Shown here: piece by piece, positions 39,794 through 49,045 of the stretch | How the letters are laid out: each line of letters begins with the position of its first letter | Numbering within the stretch: position 1 is the first letter of the stretch | Origin: Candidatus Omnitrophota bacterium | GTDB taxonomy: Bacteria > Omnitrophota > Gorgyraeia > Aquiviventales > Aquiviventaceae | Length of the DNA: 64,000 nucleotides | Direction of reading: 5' to 3' | Assembly: GCA_016193195.1 (NCBI GenBank) | Contig: JACPSQ010000086.1 | Span: forward strand, 17,299 to 81,298 | Position numbers and translations under genes: made by a program | The notes under the pieces: generated by a model | What the model saw: only the letters and a program-made list of their open reading frames with translations | Told to the model about the DNA's origin: nothing | The model's database searches: none

Positions 39794-41019
39794 GTGAAGA
39801 AGAGGGGTTCGAGCGGTTGTATGGGTCGCTCTATCGCCAGGCGTTGCAGGAGGCGCAGCAGTATGTGGCGCATCCTGATCGACTGAGAGCCGACATCGAG
39901 CGCGACCGCCAGCAGCGCGGTCCCGTCCGGACGTTGTCGACGCCGGCCGCGGACCCCTACGCCTATCGCCTGACCCTGTACCGCGGATTTGTCCGGTTCC
40001 CTGAACGGTTGTGGAACTATTGCATTGCGCAGCATGAGCCAAAGGCGGTGACCCGATCCTTTCTTCCCACCCTCATGGACATCGAGCCCAACAGCCGATG
40101 CAATTTCCGATGCGTGATGTGCCAGGTGTCCGAGTGGCCCAACGGCACACGGACTGACGACATGACCGTTGAAGAGTTGAAGGCATTCATTGAAACCCAG
40201 CCTGGGCTGACGGAGGTCAAGCTCCACGGCATGGGGGAGCCGTTGTTGCACCCCCACTACATTGAGATGGTCAGATACTTGGTTGAGCGGGATCTGTGGG
40301 TGCGGACGAATACGAACGGATCCGTGTTGCATGCCCGGGACAACTACCGGAGGCTCATTGAGGCGGGGATCGGCGAAATCCAGACGTCGGTTGATGGGGC
40401 GACCAAGGAGGTCTTTGAGGCGATCCGTCGGCAGTCCAATTTCGAGCAAGTGGTGCACAACTTGACGTTGCTCAACGAGTACGCGAACCGCCAGGATCGA
40501 CCCTACACGCGCATGTGGGTCGTCGTACAGGAGTACAACCGCCATCAGATCTTCGAGTTCGTGGAGCTGGCGAAACGCATCGGATGTCGGCGGCTGACGT
40601 TTTCCTTGACGCTGAACGATTGGGGGCAGGAGGTATGGCACGACAAGAATGCCAAGATCCAGTCGCTGGACTTCTCCGAAGAGGAACAAGGCCGGCTCCT
40701 TGACATCGTTGCCAGGGATGGCATCGAGATTACCGTCTGGCGGCAGGCCACGAAATACTCCACCGCCAGCCCAGAGACCTTATGCCCGTGGGTGTTCAGC
40801 CGGCCGTACATCAGCTGCGATGAGCGGGTGGTGCCGTGCTCCATGATCGCCAATCCAGACGTCTTTGAGCTGGGGGACGCGAGGGACTTTGTCAACGTGT
40901 GGAACGGCCCGGCCTACCAAGCGTTCCGTCGGCTGCATCTGGAAGGCCGCATTCCTCGGCATTGCCGGCTCTGTTACAAAGAGTCATTGGTGTCAACAGA
41001 CGCACGTGTGGCTGCTTAG
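39784..41019 (+). CDS. Radical SAM protein with SPASM/twitch domain
   Basis: 'CNFRCVMC', 'GMGEPLL', 'NTNG', 'SVDG'; C-terminal 'CPW...C...VPC...WN...CRLC'. Confidence 0.88.
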   Translation: MLLSEEEGFERLYGSLYRQALQEAQQYVAHPDRLRADIERDRQQRGPVRTLSTPAADPYAYRLTLYRGFVRFPERLWNYCIAQHEPKAVTRSFLPTLMDIEPNSRCNFRCVMCQVSEWPNGTRTDDMTVEELKAFIETQPGLTEVKLHGMGEPLLHPHYIEMVRYLVERDLWVRTNTNGSVLHARDNYRRLIEAGIGEIQTSVDGATKEVFEAIRRQSNFEQVVHNLTLLNEYANRQDRPYTRMWVVVQEYNRHQIFEFVELAKRIGCRRLTFSLTLNDWGQEVWHDKNAKIQSLDFSEEEQGRLLDIVARDGIEITVWRQATKYSTASPETLCPWVFSRPYISCDERVVPCSMIANPDVFELGDARDFVNVWNGPAYQAFRRLHLEGRIPRHCRLCYKESLVSTDARVAA

Positions 41020-41022
41020 ACC

Positions 41023-41529
41023 ATGGAAATGCGGGTGAGTGTCCGGGAAATAGGACGAGAGGACCGTGTCGCTCTCTGGGAATGGCGGCAGGATCCTATT
41101 ACTCGCGCACTGTTTCCATGCGACCCGGCGATCACGTACGAACGCCATCGGCGCTGGTTTGATTGCGCCATGACTGCGGGGGATGTGGTGTGGTGCGTAG
41201 GGCTTGTGGAGACACTGCGCATTGGCTGCGTGCGGTTTGATCAGATGAACCCAACCGAGTACCACGTCAGCCTGTTTCTGAAACCGCCGTATTGCGGCAA
41301 AGGGTATGGACGAGTCTTCCTGCAAGCAGCCATCGAATTCTTGAAGGCGCGACGTCCGATCCGGAAGCTCGTGGCGCAGGTGAAGAACGCGAATCCGGCA
41401 TCGGGAACGCTCTTTCAGGAAGCGGGTTTTTCTATCGCGAACGAAGGGCACCATCTCCGTTGTGAGTTGATGTGCGACGTGCCATCGTCGGCCATGCACG
41501 GAGTGACAGTGGCATCAGGAGAGGCGTGA
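41023..41529 (+). CDS. GNAT N-acyltransferase (PseH-like)
   Basis: 'LWEWRQDP', 'HRRWF', 'GKGYG', 'NPASGTLFQEAGF'. Confidence 0.8.
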   Translation: MEMRVSVREIGREDRVALWEWRQDPITRALFPCDPAITYERHRRWFDCAMTAGDVVWCVGLVETLRIGCVRFDQMNPTEYHVSLFLKPPYCGKGYGRVFLQAAIEFLKARRPIRKLVAQVKNANPASGTLFQEAGFSIANEGHHLRCELMCDVPSSAMHGVTVASGEA

Positions 41530-41535
41530 CACCTC

Positions 41536-42204
41536 ATGACGATTCTCATCCTCGGTCCTCGCCAGCGCAACCAACCCCTGATCGAGTTTCTCACGCAGCG
41601 GCGGCATCAGGTCCAGGTCACCACCGAACCCGTGACGTTGGAATGGTTGAGAGAGCAACGGATCGACTTTATGATCAGCTTCGGATACGCCCCGATCCTC
41701 AAGCCCCCGATTACCACGGCATACCGACGGCGGATCATCAACGTCCATCCAGCGTATCTGCCGGAGGGGAGGGGCATCTACACGAATTTCTGGAGTTTTC
41801 TAGAAGGCCGGCCGAAAGGCGTCTCTCTTCATTTCATTGACGATGAGGGGATTGACAGTGGCGACATCATTGTCCGACGACTCCTTCCGCTGGGGAAGGA
41901 CGAGACCGTGAGGACGAGCCATGCGCTATTGGATCGTGCCGTCATCGAGCTCTTCTGTGAGGTGTGGGAGCAGATCGAACGGGGAACCTGCCAGGCGGTC
42001 AGCCAAGAGGAGTGCGACGGCATTCCTCGATACCGTAACCGCTGTCAGTCTGAACGGTTGATGGAGCTATTCCCGCAACGATGGGACACGCCGGTTTCAA
42101 CCGTGGAAGCGGTTGGCGCAGAGTTGTTTCTTGCCGACGCCTTTTGGCAGCGATACGACCGTGAACTCCAGACCGTCACGAGCAAGGCCGCGAGTTCAGT
42201 GTAG
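41536..42204 (+). CDS. Sugar N-formyltransferase-like protein
   Basis: 'ISFGY', 'IINVHPAYLPEGRG', 'GVSLHFID..GIDSGDII'. Confidence 0.82.
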   Translation: MTILILGPRQRNQPLIEFLTQRRHQVQVTTEPVTLEWLREQRIDFMISFGYAPILKPPITTAYRRRIINVHPAYLPEGRGIYTNFWSFLEGRPKGVSLHFIDDEGIDSGDIIVRRLLPLGKDETVRTSHALLDRAVIELFCEVWEQIERGTCQAVSQEECDGIPRYRNRCQSERLMELFPQRWDTPVSTVEAVGAELFLADAFWQRYDRELQTVTSKAASSV

Positions 42205-42217
42205 GGGGGTGGACGTC

Positions 42218-43438
42218 ATGGCAACGCTCACGACCACGTCTCAGTTAGCCATTCATGGCGGGAAGCCGGTCCGTAAGAAGCCGATGCCGTGGCGCCAGGC
42301 GTTCGGTCCTGACGAGATCGCCTCGGTCATGTCAGCGATCGACTACTACCAGGCGAGGCGGGAAGACCCCCTCCATCAAGGGCATTTTGAACAGATGTTT
42401 TGTCAGGCCTTTGCCGAGTTCATGGGAGGCGGCTATACCGACGCTGTGGCAACGGGGACCGGCGCGATCTACGTCGCGTTGGCGGCGCTGGATCTGCCCA
42501 AAGGCAGCGAAGTCATCATTTCGCCGGTCACGGCGAGTAGCCCGTTGAGCTGTCTCATCCTGCAAGGATTCATCCCGGTTGTCGCCGACAGCCGGCCGGA
42601 CAGTTTCAATATGGGCGTCGAGCAATTCCTCGATCGGGTGACCACAAGGACGTCGGCGGTGCTGGCCGTCCACTTGGGGGGCGAGCCGCTCGAGATCGAC
42701 CGCCTGGCGGCTGAGGCATTCCGCCGCGGCATCAAAGTCCTGGAAGACTGCAGCCAAGCCCCCGGGGCGGTCTGGAAGGGCCGACGGGTCGGATCGTTTG
42801 GCGAGATTGCGGCCCTGTCAACGATGTATCGGAAGAACCTGATCTCGGGCAGCAGCGGCGGGCTTGTCTTCACGCGGGATCGCGAGCGCTACCAGCGGGC
42901 CCTGGCGCACGCGGATCACGGCAAGCCCGCCTGGCGCGAGGATCTCAACCTGAAGGATCCCAGGCATGCGCTCTTTCCCGCGCTGAATTTCAACACCGAT
43001 GAGCTCTCTTGCGCGATCGCCCTAGCGTCGCTTCGGCGCCTCCAGGAGACGATTGACAAGCGGCTGGCGTTTCTCGAGCGTTTCATCAGCGAGCTGCAGG
43101 CGATGTCGCGCGCCTGCCGGCCCTCTGTTTTTCACCGCGGGTTCTCTCCGTTTTTCTTTCCTGTCTTCGTTGAGGCGGACAAGCTCACCTGTTCCAAAGT
43201 CGAGTTCGCGCAAGCCGTTCAAGCGGAAGGCATCGGTCTCGATCCTGAGTATGGCTGCGTGGTCCGGTCTTGGACGTGGGCCCTGCCGTATCTCTCGGAC
43301 AACTTTGAAACCGTCAACGCCCTGTCCATGCGTGATCGGTCGTTCAATGTGTTTTTGAACGAGCAGTATGGGGACGAGGAGGTTCGAGATATCGTTGCTG
43401 CCATTGTGAAGGTGGAACGGCACTACGCCAAGGACTGA
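42218..43438 (+). CDS. DegT/DnrJ/EryC1/StrS PLP-dependent sugar aminotransferase
   Basis: 'LAIHGG', 'TGTGAI', 'VHLGG', 'LEDCSQAPG', Lys in 'STMYRKN...GG'. Confidence 0.85.
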   Translation: MATLTTTSQLAIHGGKPVRKKPMPWRQAFGPDEIASVMSAIDYYQARREDPLHQGHFEQMFCQAFAEFMGGGYTDAVATGTGAIYVALAALDLPKGSEVIISPVTASSPLSCLILQGFIPVVADSRPDSFNMGVEQFLDRVTTRTSAVLAVHLGGEPLEIDRLAAEAFRRGIKVLEDCSQAPGAVWKGRRVGSFGEIAALSTMYRKNLISGSSGGLVFTRDRERYQRALAHADHGKPAWREDLNLKDPRHALFPALNFNTDELSCAIALASLRRLQETIDKRLAFLERFISELQAMSRACRPSVFHRGFSPFFFPVFVEADKLTCSKVEFAQAVQAEGIGLDPEYGCVVRSWTWALPYLSDNFETVNALSMRDRSFNVFLNEQYGDEEVRDIVAAIVKVERHYAKD

Positions 43439-43454
43439 GACGCAACCACCGGAC

Positions 43455-44846
43455 ATGATGATGAGAGCGAGGAGACGGTCGATCTATCGTGACGTGACGG
43501 TGAAAGTGCCATCGGATCCCACGGCCGCACGGCTCCCCCGCTGGCGGCGGGGTCTTCTGGCCCTCCGGGACGGCAGGCCGCGTGATCGGATGGTGCTGTT
43601 GATTGTGTATGTCATGAGACTCCTCACAGACGCGATCGTGAGTCTCGTGAAAACGCTCGTCTTCAACAAGGCGTTTCTGCGGGGCTGGATCTGGGTGTTG
43701 AAGGGGCGGGTGGAATTCTTCGGGTACAGCAGCTCGATCGGCGACATGGCGCTGTCGGTAGAGTACTATCTCCTCCGCAAGCGCGAGCTGAAGAGCCGCC
43801 TCATCAGCGTGTATTTAGTCAACAAACCATCCCTCGCCAATTACTACTTCGCGACATTGCAAGCCGACGCGTTTGGGTCGCGCCGCGTCCTCTTTGTCCT
43901 CAACCGATTCCTCTGCCGGGTGCTCGAGCCGCTCGAACACCCGTTGTTCTTTGCGCCGCAAACCCACATCGACTCCCGCTATCCGTCCGGGTACAGCGCG
44001 CTCATCTCCCGGTACAATGTTCATCTCGAGCGGCGGGTGCCGGCGTCAGACCGGTGCTTGGCGCGCGAATGGATGGAGACGCTAGGCCTCCCGCGAGACG
44101 CCAACTTTGTGACGGTCCATGTGCGGGAGGCAGGGTTTAAGGCGCACTTCCACACCGATGGGCACAACACGTTTCGAGACGCAGACATCGCCACGTACCT
44201 CCCCGCCATCCGGTACTTGATTCAGCAGGGGTTCTGGGTGATCCGGATGGGAGAATCAACCGTCAAACCGCTTCCCGCAATGGATCGCGCGATCGATTAT
44301 GCGAGGTCCCCCTTGAAGTCTGATTTCTTAGATGTCGTCTTGCTGGCAGAGTGTGAGTTGCTCATTGGGTCTGCCTCCGGGCTCGCCATGGTGGCGGATG
44401 TGTTCAATAAGCCGCAGCTCTTTGCCAACGGCATTGTGATCTATGGCTTGCCCTATCGGCCGTCGGCGTTGTGGATCCCCAAGCTCATCTGGAGCCATCC
44501 CGAACACCGATATCTCACGTTGGCTGAAATCATTGAACGGGGGATCGGAGAGTTTCACCGTACCCAGGATTATACGGCCGCAGGTCTTGAGGTCCACGAT
44601 AACTCGGCTGAGGAGATTCTTGAAGCCACGCAGGAACTGGACCAGCGCACTCGCGGTCAGTTCTCCTCTTCACCGGAGATTCGAGCGATCCAGCAAGCGG
44701 CGCAGCGGCTGCTTCCTCTGCATTATTTGTCTCACGGCACACAGGCTGTCCTGTGCGCAAGTTTCATCAGGCGGCATCCGGAGCTCTGCCCAGCTCCGCA
44801 GTCCTCCGCACCGCTGGCGATGCCGCTTGCGGTGGATTCCCGATGA
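43455..44846 (+). CDS. Putative glycosyltransferase (TIGR04372-like family)
   Basis: 'SSIGD', 'FVTVHVREAGF', 'FRDADI..Y', 'VIRMG', 'IDYA', 'GSASGL', 'DNSAEEI'. Confidence 0.7.
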   Translation: MMMRARRRSIYRDVTVKVPSDPTAARLPRWRRGLLALRDGRPRDRMVLLIVYVMRLLTDAIVSLVKTLVFNKAFLRGWIWVLKGRVEFFGYSSSIGDMALSVEYYLLRKRELKSRLISVYLVNKPSLANYYFATLQADAFGSRRVLFVLNRFLCRVLEPLEHPLFFAPQTHIDSRYPSGYSALISRYNVHLERRVPASDRCLAREWMETLGLPRDANFVTVHVREAGFKAHFHTDGHNTFRDADIATYLPAIRYLIQQGFWVIRMGESTVKPLPAMDRAIDYARSPLKSDFLDVVLLAECELLIGSASGLAMVADVFNKPQLFANGIVIYGLPYRPSALWIPKLIWSHPEHRYLTLAEIIERGIGEFHRTQDYTAAGLEVHDNSAEEILEATQELDQRTRGQFSSSPEIRAIQQAAQRLLPLHYLSHGTQAVLCASFIRRHPELCPAPQSSAPLAMPLAVDSR

Positions 44847-46627
44847 AGATCTTCCGTGTACTCGTTGAAGTACTCTTTGACATGCTGGATGGAAGGCTGC
44901 GCTGGCTATTGGTTCGCGATACGCTGCTCGTGATCGTCGAGGGTGTCCTCGTCGCCGTCGCCCTGATGACGGTGGCCCCCGTCATCGATATGTTCGTGTC
45001 GGCGTCCCAGCAGAGTAGCCCACTCAGCACCCGCCTGACCGCATTCATGCAGATGCTGAGGTTGCCCGTGTCTCTGGAAGGGCTGCTGGTGGTGTTCCTC
45101 GCGATGCAAATCATCAAGAGCGGCTTCTCGGTCATGACACGGTATTGCATGCTGCAGACGCGCTATGCGACCCAAGAGTCTCTCATGATGGGGACCTTCA
45201 AGGATTTCGTCAGAGCGCAGTGGGCCTTCTTCAGCGAGCAACAGCAGGGCGTGCTCCGGAATACGCTGTCTCATGAAGTGCAGGCCGTGGCGACGGCTGT
45301 CTGGGTCACGATGCTCATGTGCGCGAACTTCACGCAGATCGTGTTGTATGTCTTGCTATCGATGTATGTCTCGTGGCAGGTGACGCTCATCAGCGTGGTG
45401 GCAGCCGCGGCATGCGCCGTGCCCTTTCTCTTATTCGGCAAACTCAGCTATCGTCTTGGACACATCAGCCTTGACGCACTCAATCGGGTGAGCTCCGTGA
45501 TCCATGAGAGTTTCGGAATGGCGAAACTCATTTTAGGGTTTTCGAGTCAGCGAAAGAGTGTTGAGAGGCTCGGGCGGTCGGTAGAAACTTACTGTCGATC
45601 GGCTCATCGCTCTCAAGCCCTTCAGTCGGCCACGCCGTATGTGTATGAGCCGTTGGGGGTCGTGGTGTTGGTGATTACAGCGCTTGTCGGTCGATCCTTC
45701 GAGGTTCCTCTTGCAGAGCTGGCGATTGTCTTCTGGGCACTGCGCAATTGCCTTCCACTGCTGAGTGGGACGATCGTCTTACGAAACGCGTTGCTCAACG
45801 CGATTCCCAGTTACGAGCAGGTCCGGCAGCTTCGACAACGGGCACAGGTGCTCCGCCAGCCTTCGGGGGCCCTTCCGTTCAAGGGCTTGGTGCGCGGCAT
45901 AACCTTTGAGCGAGTCTCCTTTGCCTACCCGGGGCATCCTCCAGTATTGAAGGAGATCACGATCACCATTCCGAAAGGCGGCATGGTGGCGTTGGCGGGG
46001 GAGTCCGGCGTCGGCAAGTCGACCCTGATTGATCTGTTGATGGGGTTCTATCGCCCGACAGCCGGCCAGATCACCATCGATGGCATCCCGCTCGAACAGC
46101 TGGATATTGCCTCGTATCGGGGACGAATCGGGTATGTCCCACAGGACAGCGCGTTGTTCAACGCCACCATCCTGGAGAACCTGCGCTGGGCCAAGGAGGA
46201 TGCGACGGACGAGGAGATTCGAGAAGCCTGTCGACAGGCCAACGCGGACGAGTTTATTGAGCGCTTCCCCAATGGCTACCACACCGAGGTGGGAGAGCGC
46301 GGCGTACGCCTCTCCGGAGGCCAGTGTCAACGCGTAGCCCTGGCCAGGGCGATCCTGCGCAAGCCGGAGCTCCTGATTTTGGACGAAGCGACCAGCTCAC
46401 TGGACACGCAGTCGGAGCGTCTGATTCAGCAGGCCATTGAGGCTGTGGCCAAGGAGACCACGGTGGTCGTGATCGCCCACCGGCTCTCCACCATCGTGAA
46501 CGCCGATATGATTTACGTCTTGCAGGACGGGTGGATCGTCGAGGAAGGGACCTATCAAACGTTGATGCAGCGGCACGGGCCTTTCAGCCGGATGACGCAA
46601 TTGCAGGTGCTCGAACCGGTGGCGTAA
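44843..46627 (+). CDS. ABC transporter permease/ATPase (MsbA/PglK-like glycolipid flippase)
   Basis: N-terminal TM domain; Walker A 'GESGVGKS', 'LSGGQ', 'LILDEATSSLD', 'IAHRLST'. Confidence 0.9.
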   Translation: MKIFRVLVEVLFDMLDGRLRWLLVRDTLLVIVEGVLVAVALMTVAPVIDMFVSASQQSSPLSTRLTAFMQMLRLPVSLEGLLVVFLAMQIIKSGFSVMTRYCMLQTRYATQESLMMGTFKDFVRAQWAFFSEQQQGVLRNTLSHEVQAVATAVWVTMLMCANFTQIVLYVLLSMYVSWQVTLISVVAAAACAVPFLLFGKLSYRLGHISLDALNRVSSVIHESFGMAKLILGFSSQRKSVERLGRSVETYCRSAHRSQALQSATPYVYEPLGVVVLVITALVGRSFEVPLAELAIVFWALRNCLPLLSGTIVLRNALLNAIPSYEQVRQLRQRAQVLRQPSGALPFKGLVRGITFERVSFAYPGHPPVLKEITITIPKGGMVALAGESGVGKSTLIDLLMGFYRPTAGQITIDGIPLEQLDIASYRGRIGYVPQDSALFNATILENLRWAKEDATDEEIREACRQANADEFIERFPNGYHTEVGERGVRLSGGQCQRVALARAILRKPELLILDEATSSLDTQSERLIQQAIEAVAKETTVVVIAHRLSTIVNADMIYVLQDGWIVEEGTYQTLMQRHGPFSRMTQLQVLEPVA

Positions 46628-47218
46628 ATGGACGAGCAGCGGTGGCTGGCGAGCTATTTCGAGCAGTACCGTCCCATGCTCTTTCAGGAGGCGATCCTTG
46701 AGCAGCTTGTGGAACTCAAGAGGCTCTTGATCGCCGCCCGGGAGGCGGGCAAGAAGGCGGTCTTCGCCGGCAACGGCGGCAGCGCCGCGATCGCCAGCCA
46801 CTGCGCGGTGGATTTCACGAAGAATGCCGGGATCCGTTGCGTCAATTTCAACGAGGCGGACCTGATCACCTGTTTCGCGAACGACTACGGCTACGAGCGC
46901 TGGTTGGAGAAAGCGCTGGGGTTCTATGCCGATCCCGGCGATGTCGTCATCCTCATCAGCTCAAGCGGGCAATCCAAGAACATGGTCAATGCCGCCCTCT
47001 ACGCGGCGGCGAGAAGACTTGCCGTCGTGACCTTCACTGGGTTTTCCTCGGATAACCCGCTGCGTGCATTGGGACGACTGAACTACTGGGTGGACAGCCG
47101 CGCCTACAACGTGGTTGAGATGACGCATCAGATTTGGTTGTTGGCGGTGTGCGATCTCATCATCGGGGCGGCGGAATATCCGGCCTCACGCGCCGAGTCC
47201 GGCGCGGTGGCGGTGTGA
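46628..47218 (+). CDS. gmhA: SIS-domain phosphosugar isomerase (phosphoheptose isomerase-like)
   Basis: 'GNGGSAAIASH', 'ANDYGY', 'ISSSGQSKN', 'YNVVEMTH'. Confidence 0.82.
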   Translation: MDEQRWLASYFEQYRPMLFQEAILEQLVELKRLLIAAREAGKKAVFAGNGGSAAIASHCAVDFTKNAGIRCVNFNEADLITCFANDYGYERWLEKALGFYADPGDVVILISSSGQSKNMVNAALYAAARRLAVVTFTGFSSDNPLRALGRLNYWVDSRAYNVVEMTHQIWLLAVCDLIIGAAEYPASRAESGAVAV

Positions 47219-47228
47219 GCGGCGGACG

Positions 47229-47993
47229 ATGCTGAAGCTGGCGGTGGCGAAGGACGAGCTGGTGAGCTACGTGAGCCGGCAGCTCAATCACCTCTTCCCG
47301 GACGGCCGCGCGGCGCGCCGGGCGGCGCTGGCGCCGTCCGTCGAGGAAGCGCTGGCGCGCGTGGAGCGCGGGTTTTCCTCGATCCGGATGAAGTACTACA
47401 GCGATGGCGCGGGGGGAGCCCTGTTCGATCCTCTGCACACGGATCAGTACGCGGCGTTCTTGTATCTCCTGAGCCATGCGATCTACCGGGCGGGGGGTGA
47501 CCTGAGGGTGGCCGCCAAGGTGTACGCGCTCAACAAAGCGCTCCACGCGCTGGACGTCTACTACGAGGTCGAGCTGCCGGAGATTTTCGTCTTTCATCAT
47601 CCGGTGGGAACCGTCCTGGGCCGCGGGCGGTACGCCAACTACCTCTTCGTCCATCAGGGGTGCACGGTGGGCTCGGATATCAACGACCGCTACCCGGCCC
47701 TCGGGGAAGGGATCATCATGTATACGGGCAGCGCGGTCTTCGGGAACTGTGCCGTGGGGAGCAACTGCTGGCTCTCCGCCGGGACGCAGGTGCTGGAGAC
47801 CGATGTGCCCTCCGGCACGGTGGTCTTCGGACGATCGCCGGATCTGGTCATCAAGCCGACCCGGCGCGACGTGATCAAGGACGTGTTCGGCGCGCTTCCC
47901 GCAAGGCCGGACCGGCTGGAGAGCCGCGCGCGGCGCGGATCGGACGCCGGCGCACAACGGCGGGGCCTTCTCCTTCAAAGGACCCGGGCATGA
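47229..47993 (+). CDS. Serine-acetyltransferase-like left-handed beta-helix acyltransferase
   Basis: 'HTDQYAAFLY', 'HPVGTVLGR', 'HQGCTVG', 'YPALGEG' hexapeptide repeats. Confidence 0.75.
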   Translation: MLKLAVAKDELVSYVSRQLNHLFPDGRAARRAALAPSVEEALARVERGFSSIRMKYYSDGAGGALFDPLHTDQYAAFLYLLSHAIYRAGGDLRVAAKVYALNKALHALDVYYEVELPEIFVFHHPVGTVLGRGRYANYLFVHQGCTVGSDINDRYPALGEGIIMYTGSAVFGNCAVGSNCWLSAGTQVLETDVPSGTVVFGRSPDLVIKPTRRDVIKDVFGALPARPDRLESRARRGSDAGAQRRGLLLQRTRA

Positions 47994-49045
47994 CGTCCAC
48001 GGTGAGCCGGGCCGCGAAGCGACCCGAGCGGGTGACGGAGGGGATTGAGGCGTCGCGGAACGAGACCGCGCTCGTGGCGGTCATCGGAACCGGCAGCGCT
48101 GGCATGCATCATGTGGAGGCCCTGAGGGCGCTGGGGACGGTGACGCCTGTGGCGGTTCCGATACGTCCCGAGCGGGTTGAGGCGTTGGGGCGCGCCGGGT
48201 ACTCGACGGCGGCTCACGTCGCAGAGGCTTATCGAATGGGCGCGCGCCGGTGCGTCATCGCCACGGACTCCGGCCGGCATGCGGACGATGCGATGGCGGC
48301 CATGGACCACGGCTTGGACGTGCTGATCGAGAAGCCGTTGGCCCTCGACGCGCGTCAGGCGCGCGGTGTGCTTGAACGAGCGGCCGGCACGGACCGCCGG
48401 GCTTTCGTCGGGTGCGTCCTGCGCTTCTCGGAATCGTTGCAGCGCTTTCGCCAGTGGCTCCCGGACATCGGCGGCGTGCATGCGGTCCGGGTCGCCTGCC
48501 AGTCGTATCTGCCGGAGTGGCGGCCGGCCCGGCCGTACCGCGAATCCTACTCCGCCAGAGCCGACGAAGGCGGCGTCCTGCGGGACCTGATCCATGAGAT
48601 CGACCTCGCCGGGTGGATGTTCGGGTGGCCTCGGAGGGTGTCGGCGACCGTCCGCAACCTGGGGCGGTTGGGGATCGCGAGCGAGGAGCTCGCGCAGCTC
48701 ACGTGGGAGGCTCCCGGCGGGGCGCTGGTGTCGGTGACGCTGGATTACCTAAGCCGGCCATCTTCTCGAAGCATCACGGCGTACGGCCAGCAGGGCACCC
48801 TCGAATGGGACGGTCTGGCGCAGCGGGTGACCCTCATGCGGGGTGGGGCGCCGGCGCGCCAATCCACCTCTTCCCAGGCGCGCGAGGAGCTGTTCCTCTC
48901 GCAGGCCCAGGCGTTCATGGACGCGTGTGATGGGCGGACGGATGCCCGGCTGGCCACCGGCGAGGAGGGCCTGAACGCGCTGGCGGTTTGTGACGCGGCC
49001 CGACGGGCCGAGCACTCCCGGCGGGAAGAGCCCGTGGAGGCCTGA
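47990..49045 (+). CDS. Gfo/Idh/MocA oxidoreductase (PtmF/ElaA-like)
   Basis: 'IGTGSAG', 'LIEKP', 'YLPEWRP..PYRESYSA', 'GGVLRDLIHEID'. Confidence 0.82.
   Translation: MTSTVSRAAKRPERVTEGIEASRNETALVAVIGTGSAGMHHVEALRALGTVTPVAVPIRPERVEALGRAGYSTAAHVAEAYRMGARRCVIATDSGRHADDAMAAMDHGLDVLIEKPLALDARQARGVLERAAGTDRRAFVGCVLRFSESLQRFRQWLPDIGGVHAVRVACQSYLPEWRPARPYRESYSARADEGGVLRDLIHEIDLAGWMFGWPRRVSATVRNLGRLGIASEELAQLTWEAPGGALVSVTLDYLSRPSSRSITAYGQQGTLEWDGLAQRVTLMRGGAPARQSTSSQAREELFLSQAQAFMDACDGRTDARLATGEEGLNALAVCDAARRAEHSRREEPVEA

Noticed and set aside
39784-41019. RiPP maturase system
   Set aside because: There is no adjacent precursor peptide, RRE/PqqD domain or peptidase; the context is sugar tailoring.
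6690-47218. Secreted antibiotic (lincosamide/aminoglycoside) cluster
   Set aside because: No NRPS/condensation, resistance or aglycone genes were seen. Linkage to nonulosonate, Maf-like, GT and flippase genes favours a surface glycan, though a small molecule cannot be fully excluded.
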